A stretch of 63,054 nt of DNA, filler included, from Nemertoderma westbladi (taxonomy: Eukaryota; Animalia; Xenacoelomorpha): assembly GCA_032718475.1 (NCBI GenBank). It is 3 parts of 3 records of this genome, joined end to end, with 100 filler letters (N's around TTAATTAATTAA, not from the genome) between each part and the next. Parts side by side here need not be neighbours in the genome. Positions count along the whole stretch, not along the records: positions 29,494 to 56,610 come from JAUCBJ010000164.1; 2 more parts are not named here. One strand, 5' to 3'. The first letter of the stretch is position 1. Each line of letters starts with the position of its first letter. Both the position numbers and the translations under genes were made by a program. The notes below the pieces were generated by a model. It was given only the letters and a program-made list of their open reading frames with translations, did not search any database and was not told the DNA's origin. This document shows, piece by piece, positions 39,582 to 51,782 of the stretch.

Positions 39582-40840
39582 TGTAAAAGCCTTTGCTGAA
39601 TTGCCCCGTTATTTTTATTATCTTTTACATTAAAATACTCTGTAGTTGATTTAATAAGTGTAAGAGACCGTATTATTGCTGTATCGGTGTTTTTAGAGGA
39701 TCTAAGACCTATTTCCTCCGTATGTGTACTGTGAAAGGCATATTTTATGATTCTATGGCAATTCGTGACGCAAAGGGGTGATAGCTACTCTTGAACAGTA
39801 GTTACTATGACTACGGTTAACAGCTGACATTCATACGTGTTGATTTCCTTTGTTCTACGGCGTCTCTCAGTTCAGTCAGCCAATTAGAGCGTTTTTGTGG
39901 CTCCTTGTACAGAAAATTTCCGAGAAATGACGCAATGCCTATGTGCAGTGTTTACATTCAGTCCTGAGCCTAAGAAAGAACGGCTTGGAAGTATTTTGTG
40001 CTTTACTGTTTTTAGTCTTACACTAGTAGGTTTAATTATAAAGGGCATATATCCTTTAACCTAACGACTACCTGACCTGCGGCCCCAACGACTACTGCGG
40101 ACTGCTAACTGATCATACATCCTGACTGCTGAAACATTGCAAACTCGTAACAATCAGTGTTCAGTTGTTGTTTTATACTGCTATTTACTGTCAGTTCTTC
40201 ATAATATGGTTGATGCATTATTATATTTGGAATAACGATAAATAACCCCGCAACCCAATATTCTTGATATACCGAAGGTAAGAGAGAAAGGTTACCAATA
40301 ACGATTGTGACTTATGTTAAAGTGGTTTGAAGTGAATCTAATGTTATTTGATAGACCCTACATGAGTCAGCCTGTGTTCCTTTTATATGTGACTAAAATC
40401 AGTGAAGATTGGCAGATTAGTGTGCAGTATTGTGCAGCATTGTGTATGAGTGAGTCTGTTAAAGAAGCAATTCCTAAAGAATGCGCCATATATGTGAATT
40501 ATAATTAAGCCATATCGTTGTGAGTAGTTTAAGTCATAACTCTGTTTATATAGATAAAGCGCCACGTCCTAAAGGAACTGTTAATATTACCGAAGGTGAA
40601 TAATATTGTCAGAGATTATATAGTACTGTCAGTCGAATAATACATTAGGCTTACATAGCAATAAAATTAAACCGTCGAACCCAATCTCCCGGGAATATCC
40701 AGCGGGTGAATGGTCGCGCACGGATTGGTTTCGACTAGTGTAGTGAATCAAATACTTGTCATAGACTAAAAACAGATTTAATATCTAGAAGACATCTTGA
40801 TTTGGTGGGTTAAACTGCCAAAGGTCTGAAAGCGCGAACA
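39582..40840 (+). repeat. 3' LTR (1259 bp)
   Basis: Direct repeat of 30204-31460. Confidence 0.97.
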
Positions 40841-40845
40841 GTGGC

Positions 40846-41691
40846 GCTTTAAGTATAAAAACAGAGTTATGACTTATACTAATCACAACTAGATGGCCAC
40901 AGAGTTTCGTAAATAGCGCATTCATTAGGAGATGCTTTATTAACCTTCACACTACTTCACACTACTTTACACTAGTTCGCACTAATCTGCCGACCGTCAC
41001 TGAATTTGATCATATATAAGGAGGATCGCAACTGACACACGTAGGGATTATGAAATAGCATTTAATTCACACAAAACCACTATATTTTAAGTCGCAGTTG
41101 CTACCGGTAAACTCTATTCCTCTTACCTCAGTAATCAAGAAGATTGAGGGGTTTATGATTATTTATCGGTATTCTCCAAATATAACACCAATATCCATTA
41201 ATTAATACACCAATTAATACAACAATTAATACTATAAAACAGAAGTAAAATAATGCGGTAAACAGTCAGTGTTCAATGGTGTGTAAAGACAGTTAGGTGA
41301 GTTAAGATATGAGGTATGTTAAGTATGACAAGTTAATAGATTTACGTTCTTATAACCAAGGCCATCTGATGTTCCTAGGCCAAAGTCTGAAACTTCCGTT
41401 CAGAAGCACAGAATCCTGAGTTGGTTCTGATTCTCAGGAAAATAGTAAACAAAGACCGTAATGCATTGCGCGAGTTTCCATAGGTTTCTGTTAGCCGTAA
41501 AGTGAAAATTCCTCTGATTGGCTGAATAAGACAGAACAAAGAACTTCCACGTCCACAAAGAATCAGCTGACAGATTTCGTCATCTTGGTTCTAATTCCTT
41601 CCCATCGCGTAGTTGGATAAATTTAGGGCTATTTTAGAGTATTCTGCGCATTGCGTAAAAATGACTTGTTATGTCCGCAAAAGCTTTTACA
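40846..41691 (-). mobile_element. Solo LTR hosting the nested insertion, 5' part
   Basis: Continues the 29919-30203 sequence (ggacgtggc|gcttt), ends TTTTACA and is followed by TSD ATGGC (41692-41696). Confidence 0.9.
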
Positions 41692-42642
41692 ATGGCAGTC
41701 AGTAAACTGACGATGATGGCCATTTGCACTAAGGTACACAATACACTAGGGATGCGACAGAGCTCCGGCTCCGGAGCTCCGGGCCAATTTTCTGGCTCCG
41801 GCTTTGGTTCCGGCTCCGGGCAAATTAACCCGGAGCAAATCCGGAGCTTATGTTGTTTAAATTCGAATTAAAATAATAAGTTTTTCTGATGTTTGAATAA
41901 TGTAAATACCATAGTAATTAACATAATAAACTCATATTAAGTAATTTACAGCTTTGTGTTTTTAAAGTTTCCTCTTTCCTGATAACCCCCCTTGTGAAAT
42001 TATTTAAATGTTTAACAAAAACATTGAAATGATTTAGTTAATTCAATTAATATTCTTCCCTAATTAAAAAATCTTAAATAAATGTACTCGTACTATCGTT
42101 TCGTTTGTCCAGTCTAGGACCCCAATTTCACTGAACGGGGTTATATAGTGACGGACCGGTATTATCTGATTATTGTAACCAAAACCATAAACGAGACTCG
42201 ATAGCACATGTTACACAGTACAGATTAATTTTATACTAGTAATCAGCTGTAACTAAGGATCTATTGTGGTAGGACCTATGGCGCATTACCTGCCATAAAT
42301 TATTGACATAAATTCGCGATGTCCATAATGATGTCCTGCGTTGATATGTCGGTAAAGCAGCACCACCCCCCCCCCCCCCCCCCCCCCACCCCATATAGTA
42401 TTTTGGCTTCGTCACAGATAGCCATTGGGTGATGTACCATTTTACAGCAGCAATTATGTTTCTCCAGTAGAACTACAAAATATTTCGATAAGTGCGACAA
42501 CGCAGTGATCTAACGATGCAGGACTTATTATACAGGACCTAATGCCTTTTAGACATACTGTAATAACAACGGGGGGGGGGGGGGGGGGGGGGGGGTGAAT
42601 GTGAACTGAAAAGTCTAAAACATATTTTAGCCCAATGAACAC

Positions 42643-42865
42643 CAGATAGGGGAGTCTTTGGACGCAATATTAATTCATCCCTCCCTCTCCAGGGGATAAT
42701 CGACGCAAATAACTGCTGATACAGTAACTCCCAAAATTAAAACTGTAACCTGTCTATTGAATACAGTAGATTATTGTTTTGATTAGAATAGCGTGCGACT
42801 GTAATAAACTGCTTATATCCCTTAATTGATAATGTAACATTGAGGCGAGATATTAATTTGCCGCG
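42643..42865. repeat. Dispersed repeat, homologous to 54812-55045
   Basis: Shared cagataggg...ggacgcaata...tccctctcca...cgacg.aaataac...taacattgaggcg.gatattaatt.gcc. Confidence 0.75.
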
Positions 42866-45219
42866 TAAGAATTTGCAACCTTGGATGAAATTAAACCAAA
42901 CTTTGTAGGCACAAAATTTTCGCAGGGGCTCAGCATTTCTCCAGACTCTGCTATTTATTTAGAGACAAGGTTGAAACAGTTCTACAGTCATGATAAACTA
43001 GTTTTTTTGAATTTAATGTATTTGATTGGTAGTTGAATTAAGTACACCCATTTCAAAGGATAAAAGTTATTTTTTAATATTATTAAGTTGCAATCAGTAA
43101 TTTAAGATTGGTACTGATGCAAATTAATGTTCGCGTATGAATTTTAAAATTTATTTAACTGAACAAATCTTTATTATTGTTACGTTGTAACCAAGTTGGT
43201 TGTAACACACTTCATAGCATCAAATCATGGCTCTTCCCATTGGAATAATAGCGAGTAAAAACGTTCTGGAACATACATACCCCTGGATGATTGAAGTCGT
43301 TTTTGTTTAATATAAAGTCATGCTCCGGTGTAGAATTTGGTAACTTTTAGGAAAATCCTCAATGATGCCAGTTGGGAATCAGTCGGATTAATGATGCCAA
43401 CTTTATTTACGCCTACTACTGTACATACATATACCCATATCAGTTAAAACATTTAGTATTTCATACATCTGTACATGGTGAAATGAAATAAAATAGGCCC
43501 CTACTAATATAAATGCATACACACATATATTGAAACAGATAGTTCGAAAACTTAAAAAATTGTGATGTGAAATAGTTAGTGTGTATTCTAATGACGTCAT
43601 GTGGTTATATTTAGAATGACGCGGTAAGATACTGGACATACTGTACATGTACACGTAGTAAATGTATAAGGTAGGGACATACTGAGAAATAATATCGCAC
43701 TTCGATACAAAGTTAGAAAATATGTCGCCCTGCAGATTTGGTAGTGCGAAATAAATTCCCCATACCAATATTCTAATGTGAAAAAAGATCTGTAAGAAAA
43801 GCGGATCCATGTAGAAACATTTTGTTAACTTTGACGTGTCTTGTATTTTGTATTTCTTGATTCATTTGAATGGTGTAAAGTGTAAACTTCTCTATCTATC
43901 TCTGTAATCTAATTTTAACCTTCAACTAGCTATTTTGTAACCTTGTACGTTTTTACGTTACAATTATGTAGGCTTTGTCCCGTTGTAATCTTTCATTTTG
44001 CTACTGATAATGTAAATTTGGCAAAAAAATATAGACATTATTATTTATTATCATATATTATACTGTATATCAGTATATTATTATTTTATCTATTGGTGTA
44101 TAGATTGTTAATTGTGAAAGAATACTGACGAAATGAATGCGTGGCTTGACGCTGACCAAAAACGAAGATGTGAATTCAAGGTTCGGGCCCTTTCCTTTAC
44201 TGCTTTACAACTCCAATACAGTCTGCTGACAACTCGGATATGATTCTGTGATTGGTCGGAGTATTGGGAGAAAAAACCTTGAATGTGATGATACATTTCC
44301 CACTACAATACTAGGAATTATCGATCAGCTGATTTCACTATAACAAAGTTGCGAAATCTTCATTTTGGCAAAATAATTATATAATTCAGTAATTGGTAGT
44401 TCAGTAGTTGGTAGTTGGTACAGTCTGACAGTACAGTAGTATGCAGTACCAGAGTACTGCAGTAGGCTACACTGTGCACTGGCACTCTTCGGATAGGCCT
44501 ACAGATGTCAGATTTCTGCAGTTTTCAGCACTTTATGTACCGGTTTACTAGAGTTAGGGGCTTACTGACTGACTGATGTACTGGCTTAGCTGCTTAGAGG
44601 TGGTTGTTATAGAACTATTTACAGATTTAGGCCTACATCATCTGATCATTGCAGCATTGTGTGCAAAGTACTGAAGTAGCACTTCTGCACTTTGCGGCGT
44701 TGTTGAATGACCCGAGTTTATTTATGTGTCGAGCGAGTGATGCGAGGGAGGTTTACATAAATAAACAAGGGTCTTTAGGCCAGTAGGCCTAACGATTAAA
44801 ATGTAAAAGTGACCTTTGCAAGCAATAATGTAGGCCTACCGGTACCGATATGTAGGCCTATTTTTGTTACATTATGTCAACTTATCAGCGTTCGGTATGT
44901 GAAGAAAGGATTTTATGGATGCTAATTTATACATTTTAATCGTGTACTTGCTGACTTGTACTATATCGAATAGACAGATAGACGAATACTGGAATATGGA
45001 ATATAAGTGAAATTTATTAACAGGTACGGGTGGGTCAGTGGGTGGGTATCAGTCTATTGGACGTTTCGCCATAATGCAGTAATGGATTACAATACCAGTA
45101 CACGCTGACACGTTAAACAATTATTTACATACACAATACAGTACCGGTACACTAGCTAGTCCATCACTGCAAACTGGCTAGGCCTAATAAAGCAGCACTC
45201 ATTAACATAAATGGAAATA

Positions 45220-45325
45220 GTACATTCTGGAATACGGCAGTACGGTAATTTAAGTTGTTTCCATGTAATTGATTACTTTGCCGCGTTACGAGTGATTCAC
45301 CAGAACGCTGTTAAGTTGACATAAT
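45220..45325. repeat. Dispersed repeat, inverted copy of 22940-23082
   Basis: gcgttacgagt.attcaccagaacgct.ttaagttgacat and ttaagttgtttccatgt match in reverse. Confidence 0.7.
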
Positions 45326-45370
45326 GCTGTAATGTAACAAAATATATTTATATGTATATTTTGGTGGCCT

Positions 45371-47245
45371 GGGGCGGTATTCATAAATGTGACTAACTCG
45401 GAACTTAGTCCTAGTCACATCAAGTTAGTAAGTGTTTGTACTAATTCGGTATTCAGAGAAGTTGGTGCTACTTATTACTAGCGTATTTAGTAGTACTAGT
45501 CTAGTTGTTGCTAAACTCGTATTCATAGAATTTAGTCTTACTTAATTTAGTATTAGCTGTAACTTAAATTTCTAGTCACATGAAGATGTGACTAAGTTGG
45601 TAAGAACGCTTACTTATTCTATGTTGGCCTTCATACATACAGTATGGTTATTATATTACTGACAACTCCGGCCACATTATACTCTCTCTTGTTTTTCTAG
45701 GCATTCTGTGTTCATTGCAAATGTGTTGTTGCAGAGAAACTGTCAAATGTAAGGACATAAAGCTTTTTGTTTTTTAAACATATAGGCCTATCCGACTTAA
45801 ATTTCCAAATTTCAGCGTACATTCTTGAATGGTGAGATTGCTCCCGAACGATCCGCGTCCATTGAAAAATGTGTTTCACTAAAGAATTCTACCATTCGCG
45901 AACTTTCGCAAGATGAAAAAGCGGTAGCGTTCCCACTTAATTATTTTCCTCTCTATTACCAATTACCGAATGTAAATAATGGTATTCGATAATGGTAGCC
46001 AATTGATTTATCGCCTTACTAAAAAGAATAATTTTTCACTAAAGTTTTTACAGGAAATAGGGCCTAGCTAAAATATTCAGTTTCCAGTAAAATCGAATAA
46101 TTAACATTAAATCTATTAATTATAAATTATTGCTAAAATGTGGGAAAGGGCAGCTTACAGTGCCACGTTTTTCTAACCTAAATAATGAAGGGATTTTATT
46201 ACAACAGGCCGTAACAGATTTATTGTTGATGATTCAAAAATATATTTTAGTGATAATATATATATATATATATGGGAATGTATATGTGGAAATATATATT
46301 TGATAACGAAAAAAATTTACTGGAAAACAGGAATTGTTTTAGTGACCAATAAAATTAATTGGTTTAATGTAGGCTACCAATCAGTCGGGGAGAAGTTCAA
46401 ATTTCAACTGAGATGAAATTTAAAACTTTTTTTTTTAAATTCAACTTTTAAGTTGTAAATTCAACTCTAAAATGGCAGGAGGTGCAGAAGGCCCCCCAAG
46501 ACGTCACAGAAGGGGTGTTTTGATTGTTTTTATGGATGTAACTCGAAAAATTAACCCTCATTGTCATTATTACCGATGGAATAAAAAGTTTCACCGTCGG
46601 GAATACTTTTTTTAAAAACATTTTAAGTGATTAGGCCTACATTTGCAAATTAGCTGAAATACTACATACAGGAATTTATTAGATGTATTAAATTACCGCT
46701 GAATGTCATAATTATTATACAATGGAATACCAGTAATTCCATATTTCAGTATTTCCAAAGTTACTCCAAAAGTTGAATTTAAAAAAAAAGTTGAATTTTA
46801 AACTCTACTCCAAAAGTTGAATTTTAATAAAAAGTTGAATTTTAAAAAATAAAGTTGAAATTTCAACTCAGTTGAAAATAGAACTTCTCCCCGACTGCCA
46901 ATATTAGTAAAACAGTAAACATAGAGACATGCAGGGCATAGCACAGTAGCATCCGACCTTAAGTTAAAACTGAAAGCTTTTTGATAAACATAAGTTAAAG
47001 TACCGGCACTGCTACTAATAGGCTAGAACTAAGTTTAGTAACAGTTTATGAATACTGATATTTTTTAAGGGCTAGTTGAAACTAAGTTAAGTCAATTCTC
47101 TTACTAAAATCAGTTGTTTTTAGTAACAGATAGCCTAGCTCTTACTAAACATAGTCTGATAGTTGCAGCTCTTACTAAAAGCTGTCACTAACTGACTAAG
47201 CAGCTAAGTAGCTGTAACTAATACTAACTCTATGAATACCGCCCC
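45371..47245. mobile_element. Harbinger-like non-autonomous TIR element
   Basis: TIRs GGGGCGGTATTCATA / TATGAATACCGCCCC with repeated ttagt/actaa subterminal motifs. Confidence 0.7.
46382..46897. mobile_element. Nested MITE with CAG termini and 5-bp TSD (hAT5-like)
   Basis: TIRs CAGTCGGGGAGAAGTTC / GAACTTCTCCCCGACTG; CCAAT at 46377-46381 and 46898-46902. Confidence 0.85.
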
Positions 47246-47573
47246 AGGTTCCTGCTTCTAGGCCAGGTATAGATAGGACTACACTACAGAGAACAGATAT
47301 TCAGTCCTACACTCTACAGCACTCTGACACTGAAAACTAAATATTACCTACTCTACAGTTATTATCGAACTAGGCTATCAGGATAGTACTGTAATATGAT
47401 TATCCTGTATCCAGTTATGTGTAATTTGCAAGAGTTTAATTTTGAGGTCGTATAACTACTGAACTAGGCATAGGCGAGTAGGCCGAATTAGCAAATCAAT
47501 AGGCCTAAGGAAAATAAATATATTATAACATCTCACCTCACTGACCGAATGGGGTCGTAGTTTCCAGCTTGGT

Positions 47574-48026
47574 ATGTCCAGTCGACAACGAAATCGTTCC
47601 GGATCAGCAGGCGATCAACTAGTGCGACAGGATATTCTCGAGGAACCGCTAGGGGGCGCTACAGCGGGGCCCGTTATACCGGAAGAAACTCCCCTCCCCG
47701 ATCCGTGTCGCATTGACTGCTGTCTGCCTTCCGGGTGTCTGCTCAACGAACCAATAGACTCCAACGACCTATCGGAGGCCCAGAAGGTTATCTGTAACAA
47801 CGAGAGCTGCTCCCAGAGCGCCTACATGCACAATGCTTGCTTCTCGCAGTTCGAAATAGACGTGGTATCGTATCTGAAGACTTCCGGAAGGGCTCGCAGT
47901 TGGAGTGATAAACAACGCAGACAGAACGTCTGGACTAAGAAGGGTTACGATCTGTCCTACAAGGCGTGCGGGTGTCGCTGCTTAAAGGGACACCTTCGTA
48001 AGGATCTGGATTGGCTTGCGCCACAG
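47574..48026 (+). CDS. hdc: Headcase protein homolog, coding exon 1 (N-terminal Headcase domain)
   Basis: C.N..C......MH..CF, GRARSWSDKQRRQNVWTKKGYDL.YKACGCRC.KGHLRKDLDW; phase-0 donor CAG|GTAGGC. Confidence 0.93.
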
Positions 48027-48905
48027 GTAGGCTCAATAGAAACCGCCACGGGTAGGCTCAAGGTACCGCCACAGCGCCATAGGTAGGCTCAATACCAGAA
48101 TACAGGCAGTCACAGGTACAGAGGTAGGCTCAATAGAAACCACCACGGGTAGGCTCAATAGAGGCAAAAACAGGTAGGCTCAATACAATACATGCAGTCA
48201 CATGTAGGCTCAATAGAAACAGCCACGGGTAGGCTCAATATACAATAGAGGCATAAACAGGTAGGCTCTATACAATAGGTACCGGTACCGCCACAGGTAG
48301 GCTCAATACAGGCAGTCACCGGTAGGCTCAATAGAAACAGCCTCGGGTAGGCTCAATAGAGGCAGAAACAGGTAGGCTCAATAGGTACCGCCACAACGCC
48401 ACAGGTAGGCTCAATACAGGCAGTCACAGGTGGGCTCAATAGAAACAGCCACGGGTAGGCTCAGTAGAGGCAGAAACAGGTAGGCTCAATAGGTAGCGCC
48501 ACAGGTAGGCTCAATACAGGAAGAAACCGCCACGGGTCTGCAGGTAGGCCAGTAAGCTCAATAGAGGAAGCGGAAACCACATGTAGGCTCAATAGAGGAA
48601 GACACAGGTACGCGCAATAGAGGAAGACACAGGTACGCGCAATAGAGGCAGCCACCGGTAGGCTCAATAGAGGAAGCCACATGTAGGCTCAATAGAGCAA
48701 GCCACATGTGGGATTGTAGGCTTAATATAGGAAGCTACATGTAGGGTCAATAGAGGAAGCCACATGCAGGCTCAATAGAGGAAGCCACAGGTAGGCTCAA
48801 TAGAAGCAGCTACAGGTAGGCTTAAGAGAGGCAGCCACAAGTAGGGTCAATAGAGGCATGCCACAGGCAGGCTCCATAGGAACCGCAACAGGTCGGGTCA
48901 ATAGA
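48021..48905 (+). repeat. Degenerate tandem array built on the splice-donor sequence CAG|GTAGGCTCAATAG
   Basis: About 30 variable-length units starting exactly at the exon 1/intron junction. Confidence 0.9.
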
Positions 48906-49077
48906 AACACTTTAAACCACCGAAAATGTTGTTCTATTTTCTTATTTCTTCAGACCATTATTGGCTATTGTATGTATATATAATATTTAGTTTTGGTTTG
49001 ACTTAATTACTGTATTTAATAACCTATGTTGGTTGTTCCATCGGATAATCAAATATATTAGGCCTATTATTTTCTAG

Positions 49078-49980
49078 CCTATGGAAGTGGCGCTGCGCCG
49101 AAAGAAAAAGAAGAAGATGGAGAAGTCATCAGTGAGTGGCACCAGTTTAGGTCGGTCACCTAGACAACGGACGGTCTCTGAGCAATCAACCGGAACCACG
49201 GGGAGCAGCGCGTCCCGTAACGACTCCCCAGAAGGAGCGCTCCCTACTCCCTCACCGTCCAAACTACTGCGCGCCTCCCCAACCCTGGGTGGCGACACGG
49301 TGGCCACACCCTCGCCACCCACCGGCGGTGGCGGGCTCCTCAACTCCGCGTTCCTACGCCGCATGGATTTCAGCTCGTTCCAGGGATTCGTCCCTAAATC
49401 CCGTCTCAATCCCTTCTGCATAAAGATGGAATGCGAGGACGGCCCGGGGGACGACACCCGACTAACGGTGTTCCAGGCGCTAACGGCTCAGCACACGAAC
49501 AACGTGCAGTGTCTCGGCTGCGCGGAGCGTTTATTCGTGTTCGACCGGTACCCGCTGATAGACGGTACCTTCTTCCTATCACCGATCCCCCACCACCTTC
49601 CCGCGATACCGGTAGTCTACAACGAACGCAACAACCTCTTCCTCATGGCGTTGTGTCTGCACTGCATCGAGGGCCAGGAACGCTGCATCGTGTGCCGCCA
49701 TTGCGCCGCCCCCTGGGACGGCTCAACCTGTCAGCTCGGAACGCTCTACTACTACGACATTCTCGCGGCTCAGCCCTGCTGCGCGCGTCGGTTGGCGTGC
49801 AACCGTTGTGGCGAATCCGCAGTGGACCCCGCCACCGAGGGGATGTCCTATTATTCCGAGTACAGCCACTGTGTCCGGTGTCCGGGCTGTGGCACCACGG
49901 ACCACCACTTCGTTAAAGAATTTCAATCTTCTTTCCAGATCCGTCAACTAAAATCCACCTCGAAGTCTCCCGGTCTGTAA
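49078..49980 (+). CDS. hdc: Headcase protein homolog, coding exon 2 (C-terminal Cys-rich domain); spliced product ~451 aa
   Basis: Acceptor ttttctAG|CCT in phase 0. Motifs F.RR.DFSSF, IKME, VFDRYPLIDGTFFLSP, WDGS..QLGTLY.YDILAA.PCC and YYSEYS....CP.CG..D.HFVK. Confidence 0.93.
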   Translation, partial: PMEVALRRKKKKKMEKSSVSGTSLGRSPRQRTVSEQSTGTTGSSASRNDSPEGALPTPSPSKLLRASPTLGGDTVATPSPPTGGGGLLNSAFLRRMDFSSFQGFVPKSRLNPFCIKMECEDGPGDDTRLTVFQALTAQHTNNVQCLGCAERLFVFDRYPLIDGTFFLSPIPHHLPAIPVVYNERNNLFLMALCLHCIEGQERCIVCRHCAAPWDGSTCQLGTLYYYDILAAQPCCARRLACNRCGESAVDPATEGMSYYSEYSHCVRCPGCGTTDHHFVKEFQSSFQIRQLKSTSKSPGL

Positions 49981-50849
49981 GTAACTCAACCGCTATATCG
50001 GATTAATTCGGTATTCTCTTGACTTTCGGTTAACATAATTTAATATTTCAACTTTTTGTGAACCCCGTCGACTTTTTATTTCTCTGTAATGAATGCTGTT
50101 ATTATTTTTCATAATATTTTTATTCTCCGCTTTTACGCTAATTAAATTAAAGGTACGGTTGTCAATTATTTAATACAAAATTACACGTTAAAATAATCAT
50201 CAGTTATCAGTTATATCGAGGCCACCGGGTTAACCGATAGTGAGTTCGTTCAGTAGAGGATGAAGGACAGACCAAATTATATGAAACGGCGGGTTATATG
50301 ATGGTATTGATATCTCCGGAAGAAACCCTTCCATCGCCGTAAACAATTTAGTTAGTTGATTGTTTAAGTTTTCCGTGCACCAAAAAACTGTCGCTATCAC
50401 TAAAACTGCACGGGGATTTTACATTATTTAGCTTCACTTCTTTTTGCTCCTAATTTTAAATATGTCGCAGTTTTATTTTGGTACCGAATAATAATGTTTT
50501 CCTCCTAATTAATATAAACTTGATTATTACAGTTTATTTTATAAAAAATGTATTCGAATATTTTTTATTGACATCAGAAAAATATGTTAATTTAATAATA
50601 AATAACTGTACCAATTAAGTATATTAATCAACTGTTTAGCCGGTTAATTTGATTTAATTACCTTTAGACCTGTGACCTATTCTTCATTATCAGTTGTAGT
50701 TTATATGTAAAATATAATTAAAAATATCGGGCGCCATGTACATGTACAATAATTCTCAACCTATCTGATAGACTACACGTTTTCCTCACTATAACACAAC
50801 ACCTTGCATATGAATAGTTTGATTTGTAGTTATTATTAGTTCATTATAT

Positions 50850-51571
50850 CGACTTCTTAGAACCATAACCAGCCATGTCCACATTTTGTGAAAATTGAGT
50901 TAATGGTACTGTGGTGGGATTGCTGAACACAGACAGTAGTTTCCATGATAAAGTAATAATGATAAGTCCATAGCTGCATTCAAACTAGCAGATCTGGCAA
51001 GTCATAAAACCCATGTCCAAATCACATATTTCGGAGAAATTTGCCATGTCCAATAACGAGGGTGGGTTTTACAATATAATGAGCCATGTCCGTCCATGGA
51101 CGTGGCTCATTTCATCGGGCAGTTAAATATATTTAATTAATATTTATTTGGCAGTTAAATAATAGAGGGTATCGCAACAGCATAACACTAACAAAGATAG
51201 AGAGATCCTAATTCCCTACACTTAATTGGCCTAATAATAATTAAAAAAAAATTTAAAACGCAACATTTTTGGACATGGCCATTTTTGTTTACAGTGATGT
51301 TTGGGATTTCAATTATGAAATCCGAAAGAGCTATCTCCGAAACAATTTGAAAAATTCGGTGCTTTTCAAAATTGGCAGATACATATTCCAAACTTTTTGA
51401 TATCACGCCGTTTGGTTGAGGTTGGGACATAAGTTTCTATTGAACAAACATTATCATTATAATGATGTCGATGTGTATCGATTTATCACAGCACTTCAAA
51501 AACTTAAAGCTTTTTTAACCGAATGATAAAATGTGGACATGGCTGGATAGTGGATATTGTTCTGAGGGTCG
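50850..51571. mobile_element. Sola1-like MITE
   Basis: CGAC.../...GTCG termini with imperfect TIRs, ATAT on both flanks (50846-50849 and 51572-51575) and an internal repeated CCATGTCC motif. Confidence 0.7.
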
Positions 51572-51782
51572 ATATTACACACATTTCATAATTTTACCTG
51601 CCATTCTATCTATGGCGTTGTGTATATTAGATTTATGTTTTAGTCGAGTTAGTGGCAACTACGTTTCTGATACTCAACAGTCGTTGAGGACTTTATTTAG
51701 GTCAATGAGGTTCAGATGGGAATCAATTTCCGCAAACATACACATTCGGAATAAATGATTTGTTTCCCTTGATTTTAATGTA

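Larger units (their letters stand above)
30204..40840 (+). mobile_element. Non-autonomous BEL/Pao LTR retrotransposon (Gag-protease only), 10.6 kb
   Basis: TG...CA LTRs, 5-bp TSD GTGGC (30199-30203 and 40841-40845), purine-rich GGGAGCGG just before the 3' LTR, and a BEL-type Gag. Confidence 0.95.

Noticed and set aside
47574-48086. 170-aa and 299-aa ORFs as two separate genes
   Set aside because: Phase-compatible GT/AG sites join them into one headcase CDS.
49978-50022. Drosophila-style stop-codon readthrough of headcase
   Set aside because: Only 13 codons follow the TAA before another stop, and no strong downstream hairpin is evident.
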